Shown here piece after piece: positions 8,481 to 19,407 of a stretch of 64,000 bases of DNA. Location of the stretch: positions 971,042 through 1,035,041 of the forward strand of contig OY970181.1 in assembly GCA_963708045.1 (NCBI GenBank), read 5' to 3'. This stretch comes from an uncultured bacterium (lineage in GTDB: Bacteria > Patescibacteriota > Patescibacteriia > CAIQCM01). The notes beneath the pieces were generated by a model. The model did no database searches. It was not told where the DNA came from and worked only from the letters and a program-made list of their open reading frames with translations. Every line of letters starts with the position of its first letter. Position 1 is the stretch's first letter. Position numbers and translations under genes: made by a program.

Positions 8481-9722
8481 TTATGATGATACAACCAGCA
8501 CTTTTCGGTGCCTGGCGCGATACTTGGAAATTGCGAAACGATGGGCTTCGTCGCGAACACGGATGAAAAGATTTTTTTGCGCTTGCACCACGCGCTTTAA
8601 TTCCCAGTCCGTGGGATCAGCGGGAACGATTTCGTCATTTTTTCGGGTAATGCCTTTGGCAATGCCAATCATTGGCACATTCCAACCAGCGGCTTTGAGT
8701 TCGGTTTTAACGGCGTTAAGCTGGCCACGGCCGCCGTCAATCAAAATCACGTCCGGCCGCTTCCATTCGGAATGGCGAACGCGACGGCGCATCACTTCGG
8801 CCATCATCGCGACGTCGTTAGCGCCAATAACGTCTTTAATATGAAAAATTCTGTAGGCCGATTTCTTTGGAGCGCCATCTTCAAACACCACCATACTCCC
8901 CACGGCGTATTCGCCGGCGATGTTGGAAATATCGTAACCCTCCACCCGGCCAAACACGTCAACAAACTCATTGGTAATATTTTCGCGGGTTAAAAGCGAA
9001 ACATCGCGGACGTGGGAAAGATTTTTAACGCGGTCGCGATACATTGCTGCGCGTTCATATTCCCCCGCCGCAGCCGCGGCAATCATTTTTTTCTTGCTGT
9101 CTTTAATAATCGCGGCCGACTCGCCTCTTAAAAATTTCATCATTGAACGAATATTGTCGCGATAAATTATTTTGGAGGCAACACCAATGCAAACGCCTGG
9201 GCATTTACCAATATGATAATCAAAACAAGCACGTTTTTGATTTGGTTCGCAGTTTGAATATGGGAAAATGCGCCGCAATATTTCTAGCGCGGCGCGAAGC
9301 GGCGCGGCGTGAATAAACGGACCAAAGGTGTCTAAAAATTTTCCCTTAGGCATTCGCGCCAGATCATAGCCGCGCAGCATCACGGGACGCGGAAATTCGG
9401 TTTTGGTAAAAGCCAGATACAAAAAACTTTTGTCATCTAGCCCAAGAATATTATATTTTGGCTGATAACGACGAATCAGGTTCGCTTCCATTACAAGTGC
9501 TTCAAGCACCGAGCCGCAAACAAGATATTCAATCGCGACAATGTGTCGCAAGAGCTCGGTAGTTTTTGCATCCTTAACACCTGTCCAATACGAACCCACG
9601 CGACGCTTAAGCGACGTCGCTTTGCCAACATAGATCACCTTTCCCGCGGCGTTTTTGTATAAATAAACGCCGGGGTGCTCTGGAAGGTGGTTGTTCTGAA
9701 TTTTGATCGTGTGAGGAATCAT
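8481..9722 (-). CDS. uvrC: Excinuclease ABC subunit C (short form)
   Basis: GIY-YIG (PGVYLY...YVGKA), Cys-rich region, UVR domain, EGYDIS, IDGGRGQ, RDEAHRFA. Confidence 0.95.
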   Translation of the reverse strand: MIPHTIKIQNNHLPEHPGVYLYKNAAGKVIYVGKATSLKRRVGSYWTGVKDAKTTELLRHIVAIEYLVCGSVLEALVMEANLIRRYQPKYNILGLDDKSFLYLAFTKTEFPRPVMLRGYDLARMPKGKFLDTFGPFIHAAPLRAALEILRRIFPYSNCEPNQKRACFDYHIGKCPGVCIGVASKIIYRDNIRSMMKFLRGESAAIIKDSKKKMIAAAAAGEYERAAMYRDRVKNLSHVRDVSLLTRENITNEFVDVFGRVEGYDISNIAGEYAVGSMVVFEDGAPKKSAYRIFHIKDVIGANDVAMMAEVMRRRVRHSEWKRPDVILIDGGRGQLNAVKTELKAAGWNVPMIGIAKGITRKNDEIVPADPTDWELKRVVQAQKNLFIRVRDEAHRFAISKYRARHRKVLVVSS

Positions 9723-9728
9723 TGTAAG

Positions 9729-9800
9729 AACTTTTAACTGTTAACTGTTAACTTTTGTGACTTAGCAAGCCTAACAGTTAAAAGTTAAAAGCTAAAAGTT
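9729..9800. repeat. Inverted heptamer-arm hairpin element, copy 1
   Basis: (AACTKTT)x4 - GACTTAGCAAGCC - (AAMAGYT)x4. Confidence 0.85.
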
Positions 9801-9804
9801 ATTT

Positions 9805-12381
9805 TTATTTCTTCGCTAACACCTTACGCAAATACTTTCCCGTGTGTGAGCCGGCGCGGCGGGCGACTTCTTCGGGTGTGCCTTCGGCGACAATTGTGCC
9901 GCCTTTGTCGCCGCCTTCGGGACCCATATCAATAATCCAGTCGGCATTTTTAATGACGTCCAAATTATGTTCAATCACGAGCACGGTGTTGCCCATAGAA
10001 ACCAGCTTTTGCAACATCTCCACAAGCTTGCGCACGTCTTCAAAATGCAAACCAACGGTTGGTTCGTCAAGAACATAAAGGGTGCGGCCAGTGCCGCGCT
10101 TGGCGAGTTCGGCCGAAAGTTTTATGCGCTGAGCTTCGCCGCCCGAAAGTTGCGGCGCGGGCTGTCCCAATTCAACATAACCCAAACCAACTTCTTTCAT
10201 CACTTTTAATTTGTCGTGGATTGCCGGGATGTCGCGAAAAAAATCATCGGCATCTTCCACCGTCATTGTGAGAACGTCGTGAATATTTTTTCCTTTGTAT
10301 TTTACCTCCATTGTTTCGCGATCAAAACGGCGGCCTTTGCAAATATCGCAGGTTACCCAAACCGTCGGCATAAAATGCATTTCAATCGCAATCATTCCGT
10401 GACCTTCGCAATTTTCACAGCGCCCGCCGGGTACGTTAAACGAAAATCGCCCCGGCTTGTAGCCGCGCACCTGCGCTTCGGGCGTTTGGCTATAAAGATC
10501 GCGAATCCACGTCCAAATGCCGGTATAGGTGGCAGGGTTAGAGCGCGGCGTGCGACCGATTGCTGACTGGTCAATCGTGATGAATTTATCAATCCATTCC
10601 AACCCGACAATGCCTTTGTTTTTTCCCGGCTTTATTCGCGAACCGTAAAAACGGTTGGAAAGCGTTTTACAGAGCACGTCGTCAACAAGCGAGGACTTAC
10701 CCGAGCCGGAAACACCAGTCACGCAAACTAATTTGCGGAGTGGAATTTCCACGTCAACATTTTTAAGATTGTTTTCGCAGGCACCGATGATCTTAATTTT
10801 TTCATGAATTTTGACCCGACGATGTTCGGGCACAGGAATTTTTTTCTCACCGCTTAAATATTGCGCCGTAAGCGACGTCTTGGCCGCCTTGGAAGCGAGC
10901 ACGTCGGGCATTGCGCCTTCCATTACAATATGCCCGCCGTGTTTGCCGGCGCCCGGGCCAAAGTCAACCAAATGATCAGCCGACCAAATCGTATCTTCGT
11001 CGTGTTCAACGACGATAATAGAATTTCCGAGGTCGCGTAATTCCAACAAGGTATTAATCAATTTTTCATTATCACGCTGGTGCAAACCGATCGTTGGTTC
11101 GTCCAACACATACGTTGCGCCAGTTAAGCGCGAACCGAGTTGCGACGCCAGGCGAATACGCTGAGCTTCGCCGCCCGAAAGCGTACCAGCACGTCGGCCG
11201 AGCGTAAGATAATGCAAACCAACGTTAAGCATAAATTGCAAACGACCAAGAACTTCTTTTAGAATCGGCGCGGAAATTTCCGCTTCGGTTGCGCTTAACT
11301 TTAGGTTAGAAAAAAATAAGTGGGCATTTTCAATCGTTTCATTAGTCGCTTCAACAATATTTTTTTTGCCAACTGTAACCATTAACGACTCGGCGCGCAA
11401 ACGTTTTCCTTTACACTTGGGACATTCGGCATCCGACCAAACTTCTTCTGTGCCAAGGCCGTGGCAATTTTCGCACGCGCCGTAAGGGCTGTTAAACGAA
11501 AACAAACGCGGTTCTATTTCGGGAAACGCAAAACCGTCGTCGGGACAAGAAAAACGCGCCGACATATTTTGTTCGCTAAGGTCGCCATAAATAATCACCG
11601 TATTGCCTTCGGCTTTTTCTATGGAAATCTCCAACGCTTCAGCAAGCTGTCCGCGGAACGCCTTGTTGTCCTTAAGCGGCCAAGCCAAAGGCACGCGATC
11701 AACAATCAGTTCTATGGTGTGCGCCTTATTTTTTGAAAGCTCAATTCGTTCTTTAAGCGGTTTAATTTTTCCATCAACGCGCACTTCGGCATAACCAGCG
11801 TTATACAAATCATAAAGCATTTGATAATACTCCCCTTTTCGGCCGCGGACGATTGGCGCAAGAACGGTAATATAGTCGCTACTTTTTTTATTATTACCTT
11901 TTACTTTTTTATCATCACTCTGCGACAACGAGATGTCGTGAATTTCGTTTTCACGCTCCACGATCATATTGACCATTTCTTCAACGGTCATTTTTTTAAT
12001 CGGTTTACCGCAAATTAAACAATGCGGCTTGCCAATGCGAGCGTATAAGACGCGCAGGTAGTCGTAAATTTCGGTAATCGTCGCAACGGTGGAACGCGGA
12101 TTGGCTGAATGCGCTTTTTGGTCAATAGAAATCGCCGGCGACAAACCTTCTATTTCGTCCACGTCCGGCTTGTCCATTTGCCCCAAAAATTGCCGCGCGT
12201 AAGCGGAAAGTGATTCTATGTACCGGCGCTGGCCTTCGGCAAAAATGGTATCAAAAGCAAGCGACGACTTGCCCGAACCGGAAAGTCCCGTAAACACGAC
12301 CAATTTATTACGCGGAATCGTGAGCGAAATGTTTTTAAGATTATGCTCCCGCGCGCCTTTAATAATGATGTTGTCTTGCAT
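9805..12381 (-). CDS. uvrA: Excinuclease ABC subunit A
   Basis: [23 protein letters not shown], two [12 protein letters not shown] signatures, Zn-finger motifs. Confidence 0.98.
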   Translation of the reverse strand: MQDNIIIKGAREHNLKNISLTIPRNKLVVFTGLSGSGKSSLAFDTIFAEGQRRYIESLSAYARQFLGQMDKPDVDEIEGLSPAISIDQKAHSANPRSTVATITEIYDYLRVLYARIGKPHCLICGKPIKKMTVEEMVNMIVERENEIHDISLSQSDDKKVKGNNKKSSDYITVLAPIVRGRKGEYYQMLYDLYNAGYAEVRVDGKIKPLKERIELSKNKAHTIELIVDRVPLAWPLKDNKAFRGQLAEALEISIEKAEGNTVIIYGDLSEQNMSARFSCPDDGFAFPEIEPRLFSFNSPYGACENCHGLGTEEVWSDAECPKCKGKRLRAESLMVTVGKKNIVEATNETIENAHLFFSNLKLSATEAEISAPILKEVLGRLQFMLNVGLHYLTLGRRAGTLSGGEAQRIRLASQLGSRLTGATYVLDEPTIGLHQRDNEKLINTLLELRDLGNSIIVVEHDEDTIWSADHLVDFGPGAGKHGGHIVMEGAMPDVLASKAAKTSLTAQYLSGEKKIPVPEHRRVKIHEKIKIIGACENNLKNVDVEIPLRKLVCVTGVSGSGKSSLVDDVLCKTLSNRFYGSRIKPGKNKGIVGLEWIDKFITIDQSAIGRTPRSNPATYTGIWTWIRDLYSQTPEAQVRGYKPGRFSFNVPGGRCENCEGHGMIAIEMHFMPTVWVTCDICKGRRFDRETMEVKYKGKNIHDVLTMTVEDADDFFRDIPAIHDKLKVMKEVGLGYVELGQPAPQLSGGEAQRIKLSAELAKRGTGRTLYVLDEPTVGLHFEDVRKLVEMLQKLVSMGNTVLVIEHNLDVIKNADWIIDMGPEGGDKGGTIVAEGTPEEVARRAGSHTGKYLRKVLAKK

Positions 12382-12392
12382 ATTTAATTAAA

Positions 12393-12469
12393 AACTTTTA
12401 ACTATTAACTGTTAACTTTTTTGATGCGACTTAGCAAACCTAACAGCTAAAAGTTAAAAGTTAAAAGCT
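12393..12469. repeat. Inverted heptamer-arm hairpin element, copy 2
   Basis: Same arms and core GACTTAGCAAACC as 9729..9800. Confidence 0.85.
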
Positions 12470-14480
12470 ATTTTAATTTCTTTCCCTTTAGCACTTTAAT
12501 CTCATCGCGAATAATCGCCGCCAGTTCAAACTCCAAATTTTTTGCTGCCTCGCGCATGGCTAATTCTTTTTCGCGGATGAGTTCTTCCGTTGTTTTGCCG
12601 CTGACCGAATTTTCTATGGCTAAAGTTTTAGCCGCGCTCGCAAGTTCGCGGTCGCCGGCGATCTCTTCGGTAATGTCTTTAATTTTTTTCTTAATTGTCT
12701 TTGGGGTGATGCCGTGTTTGGTGTTGTATTCAAATTGCAACTTGCGCCGGCGTTCAGTTTCGCGGATGGCATTTTTTATCGCTTGCGTTTGACGATCAGC
12801 ATAAAGAATAACTTTTCCGCGGACGTTTCTGGCGGCACGGCCGATTGTCTGAATAAGCGATGTTTCTGAACGCAAAAAACCTTCTTTGTCCGCGTCTAAA
12901 ATCGCGATCAGTGAAACTTCGGGCAAATCAAGGCCTTCGCGCAACAAGTTAACGCCAACCAAAACATCAAAGGTGCCCTTTCTGTATTCCGTAAGAATCC
13001 TAATGCGGTCAAGTGTTTCAATGTCCGAATGCAAATATACGGTTTTGATTTTTTTCTCGGCCAAATATTCAGTAAGATCTTCGGCCATTTTTTTAGTTAA
13101 AGTCGTTACCATTACTCGCTCTTTTCTTTTAATAATCGCGGGGATACGCGAGATTAAATCTTCCACCTGCCCAACGCCGCCCGTCGGTGTGGCCGTGACC
13201 GGGGAAATGACAATCTCGGGATCAAGCAAACCCGTTGGGCGAATAATTTGTTCGTGAACTGCGTCGGCGCGTTTTATTTCAAAAGCCGCCGGCGTTGCCG
13301 AAACATAAATCGTCTTTGGCATCATTGTTTCAAATTCGTTAAACCGGAGCGGCCGATTGTCGGCGGCCGAAGGCAAACGAAAACCATATTCAATAAGATT
13401 ATTTTTGCGCGCCCTATCCCCTTCGTACATTCCAGAAATTTGCGGCATCGTGACGTGCGACTCGTCAATCACAAGGAGCCAATCGTTGCCATAGGCTTGC
13501 CGAAAATAATCCACCAGCGTTTCCGGCGGTGAACCAGCCGGACGATGCGAAAGCGGACGCGAATAATTTTCTATGCCGTGGCAAAAGCCGATTTCTTTCA
13601 TCATTTCTAGGTCAAAACGCGTGCGTCTGTCCAACCTTTCGGCCTCAAGCAATTTTCCTTGTTTTTCAAAAACTTTAATTCGCTCGTTAAGTTCGGCGCG
13701 AATCGCCGTAAGCGCGCTTTCTAGTTCATTCGGCTTAGTGACGAAATGTTTACCTGGAAAAATCACTGCCTCATTTACCTCTTCCAAAATTTTCCGCGTG
13801 ATCGGATCAATGATATAAATTTCCGTCACTGTACCAGCCGAAGTGCGAATGCGATAAAAAACACTTTGACTTACCGGCATTATTTCTATTGTTTCGCCGC
13901 TAACTCTAAATTGTCCACGAATAAGGTCGGCGTTGGTGCGGACATAGTGCATTCCTACGAGCGACTTTAAAATGTCGGCACGAGTAATCGTTTGGCCTTT
14001 AGTAATTTTCATCGCCGACCCCAAATAAGCAGACGGCGTGCCAAGGCCATAGATGCAAGAAACCGAAGCGCAAACAATAACGTCTTTGCGCGTGAGCACG
14101 TCTTGGGTCGCCGAGTGACGCAGGCGGTCAATTTCGTCGTTAATCATCGCCTCTTTTTCTATATACGTATCCGAACCCGGCAAGTACGCTTCCGGCTGGT
14201 AATAATCGTAATAGGAAACAAAATAATCAACGGCGTTTTTGGGAAACAGTTCGCGAAACTCGTTCGTAAGCTGGGCGGCCAAAGTCTTGTTGTGCGAAAT
14301 CACCAAGGTCGGCAATTTTGTTTCGGCAATGACATTGGCAACAGTAAAAGTTTTTCCCGATCCAGTAACGCCTAAAAGAACCTGTTCATGATCCTCTTTT
14401 TTAATACCAGAAACCAGCCCCGCAATTGCTTGGGGTTGATCACCGGCCGGCTTATGTTTACTTGTCAGTTTGAAGTCCAT
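12468..14480 (-). CDS. uvrB: Excinuclease ABC subunit B
   Basis: GDQPQAI, GVTGSGKT, YYDYYQPEAY, DESH, QTIGRAARN, C-terminal UVR domain. Confidence 0.98.
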   Translation of the reverse strand: MDFKLTSKHKPAGDQPQAIAGLVSGIKKEDHEQVLLGVTGSGKTFTVANVIAETKLPTLVISHNKTLAAQLTNEFRELFPKNAVDYFVSYYDYYQPEAYLPGSDTYIEKEAMINDEIDRLRHSATQDVLTRKDVIVCASVSCIYGLGTPSAYLGSAMKITKGQTITRADILKSLVGMHYVRTNADLIRGQFRVSGETIEIMPVSQSVFYRIRTSAGTVTEIYIIDPITRKILEEVNEAVIFPGKHFVTKPNELESALTAIRAELNERIKVFEKQGKLLEAERLDRRTRFDLEMMKEIGFCHGIENYSRPLSHRPAGSPPETLVDYFRQAYGNDWLLVIDESHVTMPQISGMYEGDRARKNNLIEYGFRLPSAADNRPLRFNEFETMMPKTIYVSATPAAFEIKRADAVHEQIIRPTGLLDPEIVISPVTATPTGGVGQVEDLISRIPAIIKRKERVMVTTLTKKMAEDLTEYLAEKKIKTVYLHSDIETLDRIRILTEYRKGTFDVLVGVNLLREGLDLPEVSLIAILDADKEGFLRSETSLIQTIGRAARNVRGKVILYADRQTQAIKNAIRETERRRKLQFEYNTKHGITPKTIKKKIKDITEEIAGDRELASAAKTLAIENSVSGKTTEELIREKELAMREAAKNLEFELAAIIRDEIKVLKGKKLK

Positions 14481-14606
14481 TTCCTTATTACCTTATAATA
14501 ATGACTCTAAGCGATAGTGATAAATTATCGCGTCAAACGCCAAAAATCGCCCCGCCGCACGCTTGCGCTTAGGGGTATACTCAATCTGTCTTGAGCTTGT
14601 TTTAAT

Positions 14607-15068
14607 TTATTTTACTTCATCCAAAGCCCGCTTCGCAAAAAACGCGACGTCTTTTGCAATCGGGTTTAATTGGTCAATATCTTCCTTGGTGCACCATTTC
14701 CATTCACCGCTTTTTTCATTCTCACCCTCTTTAACCTTATCGCTCAAAGATCGGGCATAAAAAGTCATTGCAATATGCTCGTGCGTATCCGATATCCGAT
14801 GACGATTTAATGCGACTGGCGGAATTAATTGCTTGTGCGATTCGTCGTCCGGAATATCAACTGGATTTAAATTGACTAATTCCACATCCAAACCAACTTC
14901 TTCCTTAACCTCGCGAATTGCCGCCGCATTTGGATCTTCATCTAATTCAATATGCCCACCAACCGAAAGCCAGATCTTGTATTTATCATGCTTTCGGAGC
15001 AACACTTTGCCCTTGCAAACGACTAAAACTTCAACCGTGAAGTCAATTTTATCGTGAATGTGGGGCAT
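14607..15068 (-). CDS. NUDIX hydrolase
   Basis: Nudix box GGHIELDEDPNAAAIREVKEEVGL. Confidence 0.92.
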   Translation of the reverse strand: MPHIHDKIDFTVEVLVVCKGKVLLRKHDKYKIWLSVGGHIELDEDPNAAAIREVKEEVGLDVELVNLNPVDIPDDESHKQLIPPVALNRHRISDTHEHIAMTFYARSLSDKVKEGENEKSGEWKWCTKEDIDQLNPIAKDVAFFAKRALDEVK

Positions 15069-15137
15069 AAAAACACATTATTGTTTTAGACCGACAATAT
15101 ATGCTATCTTGTGTTGTCTCGTATGTCAACCCTAAGC

Positions 15138-15356
15138 TTATTCCTCTTCCCCGGTAAGCTCGGCAAAAAACTTGGGGAACATCATTTTAAGAGCGTCTTC
15201 GTCGCCCTCGGTGTCGTCGTCCTCTTCGGTCAAGCCTTCGGTGCGAAATTCTTCAACAACATCCTCAACAATTTCGTCCCAAGCTTCTTGATCGGTAACG
15301 CCAGTATCGCGAGCGCGATTGGCAATTTCGTTATAAAGTTCGTTGGTGTTTTCCAT
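15138..15356 (-). CDS. Small highly acidic hypothetical protein
   Basis: 72-aa D/E-rich ORF with ATG start. Confidence 0.65.
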   Translation of the reverse strand: MENTNELYNEIANRARDTGVTDQEAWDEIVEDVVEEFRTEGLTEEDDDTEGDEDALKMMFPKFFAELTGEEE

Positions 15357-15393
15357 ACCCCGTTAAAAAAATTAATTTAAATATTAATGATAA

Positions 15394-16794
15394 TTAGTAG
15401 CAAGCATTACATTCGGCGCCGCCGCAGTCAAGCCCAGTTTCGTCAAAATCTTTTTTGCCGTCGCGGCAATGATTGCCGATGATCGCTTTTGACGAATCAT
15501 ACAAGCCAAGATTGTACGCCGAATCCTCGGTCGCGACAAGCGCGTCTTCAAACAAGGACGAGAAATTTTTAAGAGTTCCAGCATCGGCCACATCGGTTGT
15601 CATATAACTATAGCTCACGCCACGAACACCACTGCCCGTTGCCAAGTTTTTTGTAGACGGACCGGGAATTACCCCAGAAACAAGCGTCCGCGGTGCGATC
15701 ACAAACACCGCGTCGGTGGATGAATCAGCTTGTTGGTTTATATATGACGAAAGATCGGAAGGCGCAAACCACCAGTCGCAAGTACCGCTTATCCGCGACA
15801 TCGTTATTTGCCCCGTAATATGAGATTGGATACTGCCAACAGCAAGGCGCGACGAAGTTTTGTTCACGACGCTGTCCGAGAAAGTTGACAGTCCCGCGCC
15901 AATATCGCGATTGGTTTGTGAGCTTATCGTGGCACGATCGCAAAGTTGTTGTTTATCCCCGTATTGATAAATGTCGCGCGGGTGAACGGATTTAAAAGTT
16001 TCGTCATTGGTAAAAGACAAGCCACCGAGCGAGCAACAGTTGCCACCCGAACAAGCATTACCGACAAAACAAAGATCAGCTGAGTCAATAGAAATAACGC
16101 GAACCGACAAACTAGAAGGGCCAACAACCATCGTGCAGGCTCCGGCCTTGCACACATTACCGAGGCCGCAAGCCGACGAACAAACGAGCGGCGCGGCAGG
16201 GGCATTTGTATTGGTGTTATCGTTACTGTTCGTGTTGGTATTATTAACCGGCGGAGCAGAACTTAGCCCCTTGTCCATATTAATACTTGCATCAGCCAAA
16301 GCCGCGCCCGTTGGATCGTAATCGTTAACCGAAGAAATCGGCGCGCCAACGGAATAATTTATAAAAAAGGCGTCAGCGATATCATCAACTTTTTTGCTCC
16401 AACCCGCGCCAAAAATCGCGTTCGCGGCGCTTTCGGAATTTACCCAACGCAAAACGCCATGTACATCTATGGCATAAACTTTGGGATCGGACTGAATTTT
16501 AACCAAGTGCGCGCCAGGGCGATAAGTCACATTGCCGCCAAGTTGGTATGAAGCAAGCTCGGCGTCGGAAATTGTTTTAACGTTAAAAAAATCCGTATAC
16601 CAGCTAAAATATACTTTATCATTCGGAAAAACATAGCGCTTGCTATTAGCGCCAAGATAATAAACCGCCGGCAAACTTCCTTTGACCAAATCACCCGAAG
16701 CGACCGAGGAAATTTTTAGATGTTGCGCGCCAAAAACGCCAGCCAAAAGCAAAGCCGGGATAAACGAGAAAAGAACGATTCCCTTATTTTTCAT
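15394..16794 (-). CDS. Secreted/surface protein with CPR-type N-terminal repeat domain and Cys-rich modules
   Basis: Signal/TM N-terminus, GDLVKGSLPAVYY..KRYVFPN..YFSWY domain, N/T-rich linker, C-terminal CRDGKKDFDETGLDCGG motif. Confidence 0.75.
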   Translation of the reverse strand: MKNKGIVLFSFIPALLLAGVFGAQHLKISSVASGDLVKGSLPAVYYLGANSKRYVFPNDKVYFSWYTDFFNVKTISDAELASYQLGGNVTYRPGAHLVKIQSDPKVYAIDVHGVLRWVNSESAANAIFGAGWSKKVDDIADAFFINYSVGAPISSVNDYDPTGAALADASINMDKGLSSAPPVNNTNTNSNDNTNTNAPAAPLVCSSACGLGNVCKAGACTMVVGPSSLSVRVISIDSADLCFVGNACSGGNCCSLGGLSFTNDETFKSVHPRDIYQYGDKQQLCDRATISSQTNRDIGAGLSTFSDSVVNKTSSRLAVGSIQSHITGQITMSRISGTCDWWFAPSDLSSYINQQADSSTDAVFVIAPRTLVSGVIPGPSTKNLATGSGVRGVSYSYMTTDVADAGTLKNFSSLFEDALVATEDSAYNLGLYDSSKAIIGNHCRDGKKDFDETGLDCGGAECNACY

Positions 16795-16842
16795 AAATAA
16801 TTCATTAATTAAAACCTTGAATATTATACACCGACGGTTATT

Positions 16843-17646
16843 TTATTTAAACAAGCGCCTGCCAACGGACAAAGCCAAAAAGAAAAAACTAAACATCACG
16901 ATCGTCGCCCCAGCCGGAAGATCAGCGAAATAGGCGTAGGTTATTCCGCCAAGCACCGAAAGCACGCCAAAGGCCGGCGCTAGCAAAATCGTTTGTTTAA
17001 AACTTTTAGAAAAACCAAAAGCAGTTACCGCCGGCAGAACAATAAACGCCGAAACAAGCAGCGTCCCCACAACACGCACCGAAATAACAACGGTGAGGCC
17101 AGTGAGGAGAACAATGGCCGCGTTTAGCCACTCAGTTTTGACGCCGCTTATTTTGGCGAATTCGTTATCAAAAGTCATTGCAAAAAGCCGGCGATAGAAA
17201 AACGCGATAAAAATAATTATGACGAGCGAAAGAATCACCGAAAGGATTGTCTCGGCCGGACTGATCGCCAAAATGCTTCCAAAAAGATAACTCATCAGAT
17301 CAACATTAAAGCCGTGTGACAAACTGGCAAGAATGACGCCAGCGGCAATGCCAAAAGCCGAAACAATGGCGATTGCCGCGTCGGCAAAAAGTCCGGCGCG
17401 CTCGGATATTTTCCAAATAAGCAATGCCCCAACAAGACAGACCGGAATGGCAATATAAAACGGCGTAAAACCCAAAAACAAACCCAGCGCGATCGCGCCA
17501 AAACTAACATGCGCCAGCCCGTCGCCAACAAGCGACATTTTTCTTAGCACCAAAAATACGCCAAGCACCGAACACGCGATCGCGACAAAAATTCCAGCAA
17601 GATAAGCGCGGTCAATAAAGGCGTAGGACAAAAAAGAAAAATCCAT
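16843..17646 (-). CDS. znuB: Zn/Mn ABC transporter permease (ZnuB/ABC-3)
   Basis: GDGLAHVSFGAIA, YLFGSIL, VVGTLLV. Start taken at MDFSF. Confidence 0.9.
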   Translation of the reverse strand: MDFSFLSYAFIDRAYLAGIFVAIACSVLGVFLVLRKMSLVGDGLAHVSFGAIALGLFLGFTPFYIAIPVCLVGALLIWKISERAGLFADAAIAIVSAFGIAAGVILASLSHGFNVDLMSYLFGSILAISPAETILSVILSLVIIIFIAFFYRRLFAMTFDNEFAKISGVKTEWLNAAIVLLTGLTVVISVRVVGTLLVSAFIVLPAVTAFGFSKSFKQTILLAPAFGVLSVLGGITYAYFADLPAGATIVMFSFFFLALSVGRRLFK

Positions 17647-17647
17647 A

Positions 17648-18598
17648 TTATTTATCGCACGATAAACCAATCTTAAGCGCGGTGAGATCGTTACGCATTA
17701 TATCAGCAAATGTCGTCCCATTAGCAATTTCATCAGCACTTACGTTATGTGCGGCGTTCAGAAGCAAAATTTGCGTGCCGGTTTCCCCGCTTAATGTACG
17801 CGCGATTTTTGGATCAACTAATTCTTCGTAAAAAATGTATTTGGTATTTAATTTTTTTATTTCGCGAACAATCGCCGCCAGTTTGGCTGGCGACGGTTCA
17901 GCGTCCGGGCTAAATCCTTCGGCGGCGACGTTGGTTAGGCCGTAACGTTTTGCAAAATATGCGAAGGTCATATGCCCGCCCTGGATTATTTCCTTGGTCG
18001 CACAAGTTTTTAGACTGGTTCTAAAACCAGCATCAAGAGCGTTTAGTTCATCTTTTAAAACCGCCGCATTATTTTTGTAGTAAGCAGCGTTCGTTGGATC
18101 AGCCTTAATAAAAGACGTGGTGATATTTTCAACCATTATTTGCGCGTTACCAAGATCAAGCCAAAAGTGCGGATCAAAGCCAGAAACCGCGTCACCCGTT
18201 ACTGCGCTGGCGTTTAAAAATTCAACCCCTTTGCTCGCGTCGGCAACAACTAAATTTTTATTTTCCGATGCCGTGACCAAACTTTCTGCCCAAGGTTCCA
18301 TTATTTTTCCGGCATAAGCAAAAACGCCGGCTTTTGCGACTTTAAGCATATCCGACGGCGTTGGTTCAAAAGAATGCGGTTCAACGCCCGGCGGGATGAT
18401 GGTGGAAACAAAAGCACGGTCACCGCCGATGGCTCTTGCAAAATCAAAAACCGGGAAAAGCGTCGCAACGACAACTAATTTATTTCCTGTTTCCGCGACC
18501 GGTTGTTTTGATTTATTTATAACAAAAAGCGTAGCCGAAATAATAACGCCGACGAGCGCGACAACATACAAAATTTGCAAAATCAATCTCTTTTTCAC
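17648..18598 (-). CDS. znuA: Zn/Mn ABC substrate-binding protein (ZnuA/AdcA)
   Basis: EPHSFEP, DPHFWLD, H.TFAYFAKRYGL, EPSPAKL. Confidence 0.9.
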   Translation of the reverse strand: MKKRLILQILYVVALVGVIISATLFVINKSKQPVAETGNKLVVVATLFPVFDFARAIGGDRAFVSTIIPPGVEPHSFEPTPSDMLKVAKAGVFAYAGKIMEPWAESLVTASENKNLVVADASKGVEFLNASAVTGDAVSGFDPHFWLDLGNAQIMVENITTSFIKADPTNAAYYKNNAAVLKDELNALDAGFRTSLKTCATKEIIQGGHMTFAYFAKRYGLTNVAAEGFSPDAEPSPAKLAAIVREIKKLNTKYIFYEELVDPKIARTLSGETGTQILLLNAAHNVSADEIANGTTFADIMRNDLTALKIGLSCDK

Positions 18599-18626
18599 AA
18601 ATTAAATTATACCGTTAAAAAGACAA

Positions 18627-18654
18627 AAACAAAAGCGCCTGCGTACCAGGCGCC
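18627..18654 (-). terminator. Intrinsic terminator
   Basis: GCGCCTG-loop-CAGGCGC followed by a T-tract on the minus strand. Confidence 0.6.
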
Positions 18655-18704
18655 TAAGCGACTTTTTTGCGCAAAAATTAGCGCATCGTCTTGGCTGAAT
18701 CAGC

Positions 18705-19043
18705 CTAACTCCCCAAGTGATAGTTGCGAGACGGGATCATTCTCGCCCTGAAAGCACTATCGTCGCCCTGGATGCCGTCTAAGTTTACATCCGAATCAAC
18801 CTTATTGCGGTCTGACAACATCATTGACGGAATTCTCTTTCCCGAGTCAGTCATCCCGTCCCAAACCCTGGCGACGAGCCGCCGCGGTGTCGTTTGCACA
18901 AACGCGATCAAACCGTGAAACCGGTTAAAATCGGTTATGAAATAGAAGATGACCGCAAGAGCCAAAAGTACAAGAAAAAACACAACCGCGACCTGAAGAA
19001 GCTCGTGCACGAAATTTGCTGATCCAAAGAACGTTTGCGTCAT
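18705..19043 (-). CDS. Orphan hypothetical membrane protein
   Basis: 112 aa, one TM, GGAGG SD upstream, own terminator. Confidence 0.6.
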   Translation of the reverse strand: MTQTFFGSANFVHELLQVAVVFFLVLLALAVIFYFITDFNRFHGLIAFVQTTPRRLVARVWDGMTDSGKRIPSMMLSDRNKVDSDVNLDGIQGDDSAFRARMIPSRNYHLGS

Positions 19044-19086
19044 GTTGCCCTCCAGGAAGATTTAATCATCTTTGCATTTTTTAGTC

Positions 19087-19127
19087 AAAAAATCCTCCGA
19101 CGCCACAAATAGGCATTGGAGGATTTT
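19087..19127. terminator. Bidirectional terminator-like hairpin
   Basis: AAAATCCTCC...GGAGGATTTT. Confidence 0.65.
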
Positions 19128-19165
19128 AAAATTTCTTTCATGGAAGAAAATACAAATAATTTATC

Positions 19166-19405
19166 TCATTTTAATATCGTGACGATACCCCTATTCGCAT
19201 CAACTTCTACGATATCGCCGTCATGTAAAACTTTTGTTTCATTTGTAATTTCTGGCGGCTCTCCAAAGTCGCCAATAACCAATTTATCACCTTCAACTTG
19301 AGCACCGTATCCATTTCGCCGCGCTTCATATTTTATTCTTAATTCATCAATTATAACGTTCCCTAATAAAATAATTTCGTCGTGTAAAAAATGGCATCCA
19401 ATCAA
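19166..19405 (-). pseudogene. Relic of a PEP-utiliser mobile-domain gene
   Basis: Ends TKVLHDGDIVEVDANRGIVTILK, the same C-terminus as the array proteins, but the GG.T.HAAI catalytic segment is missing. Confidence 0.7.
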
Positions 19406-19407
19406 TA

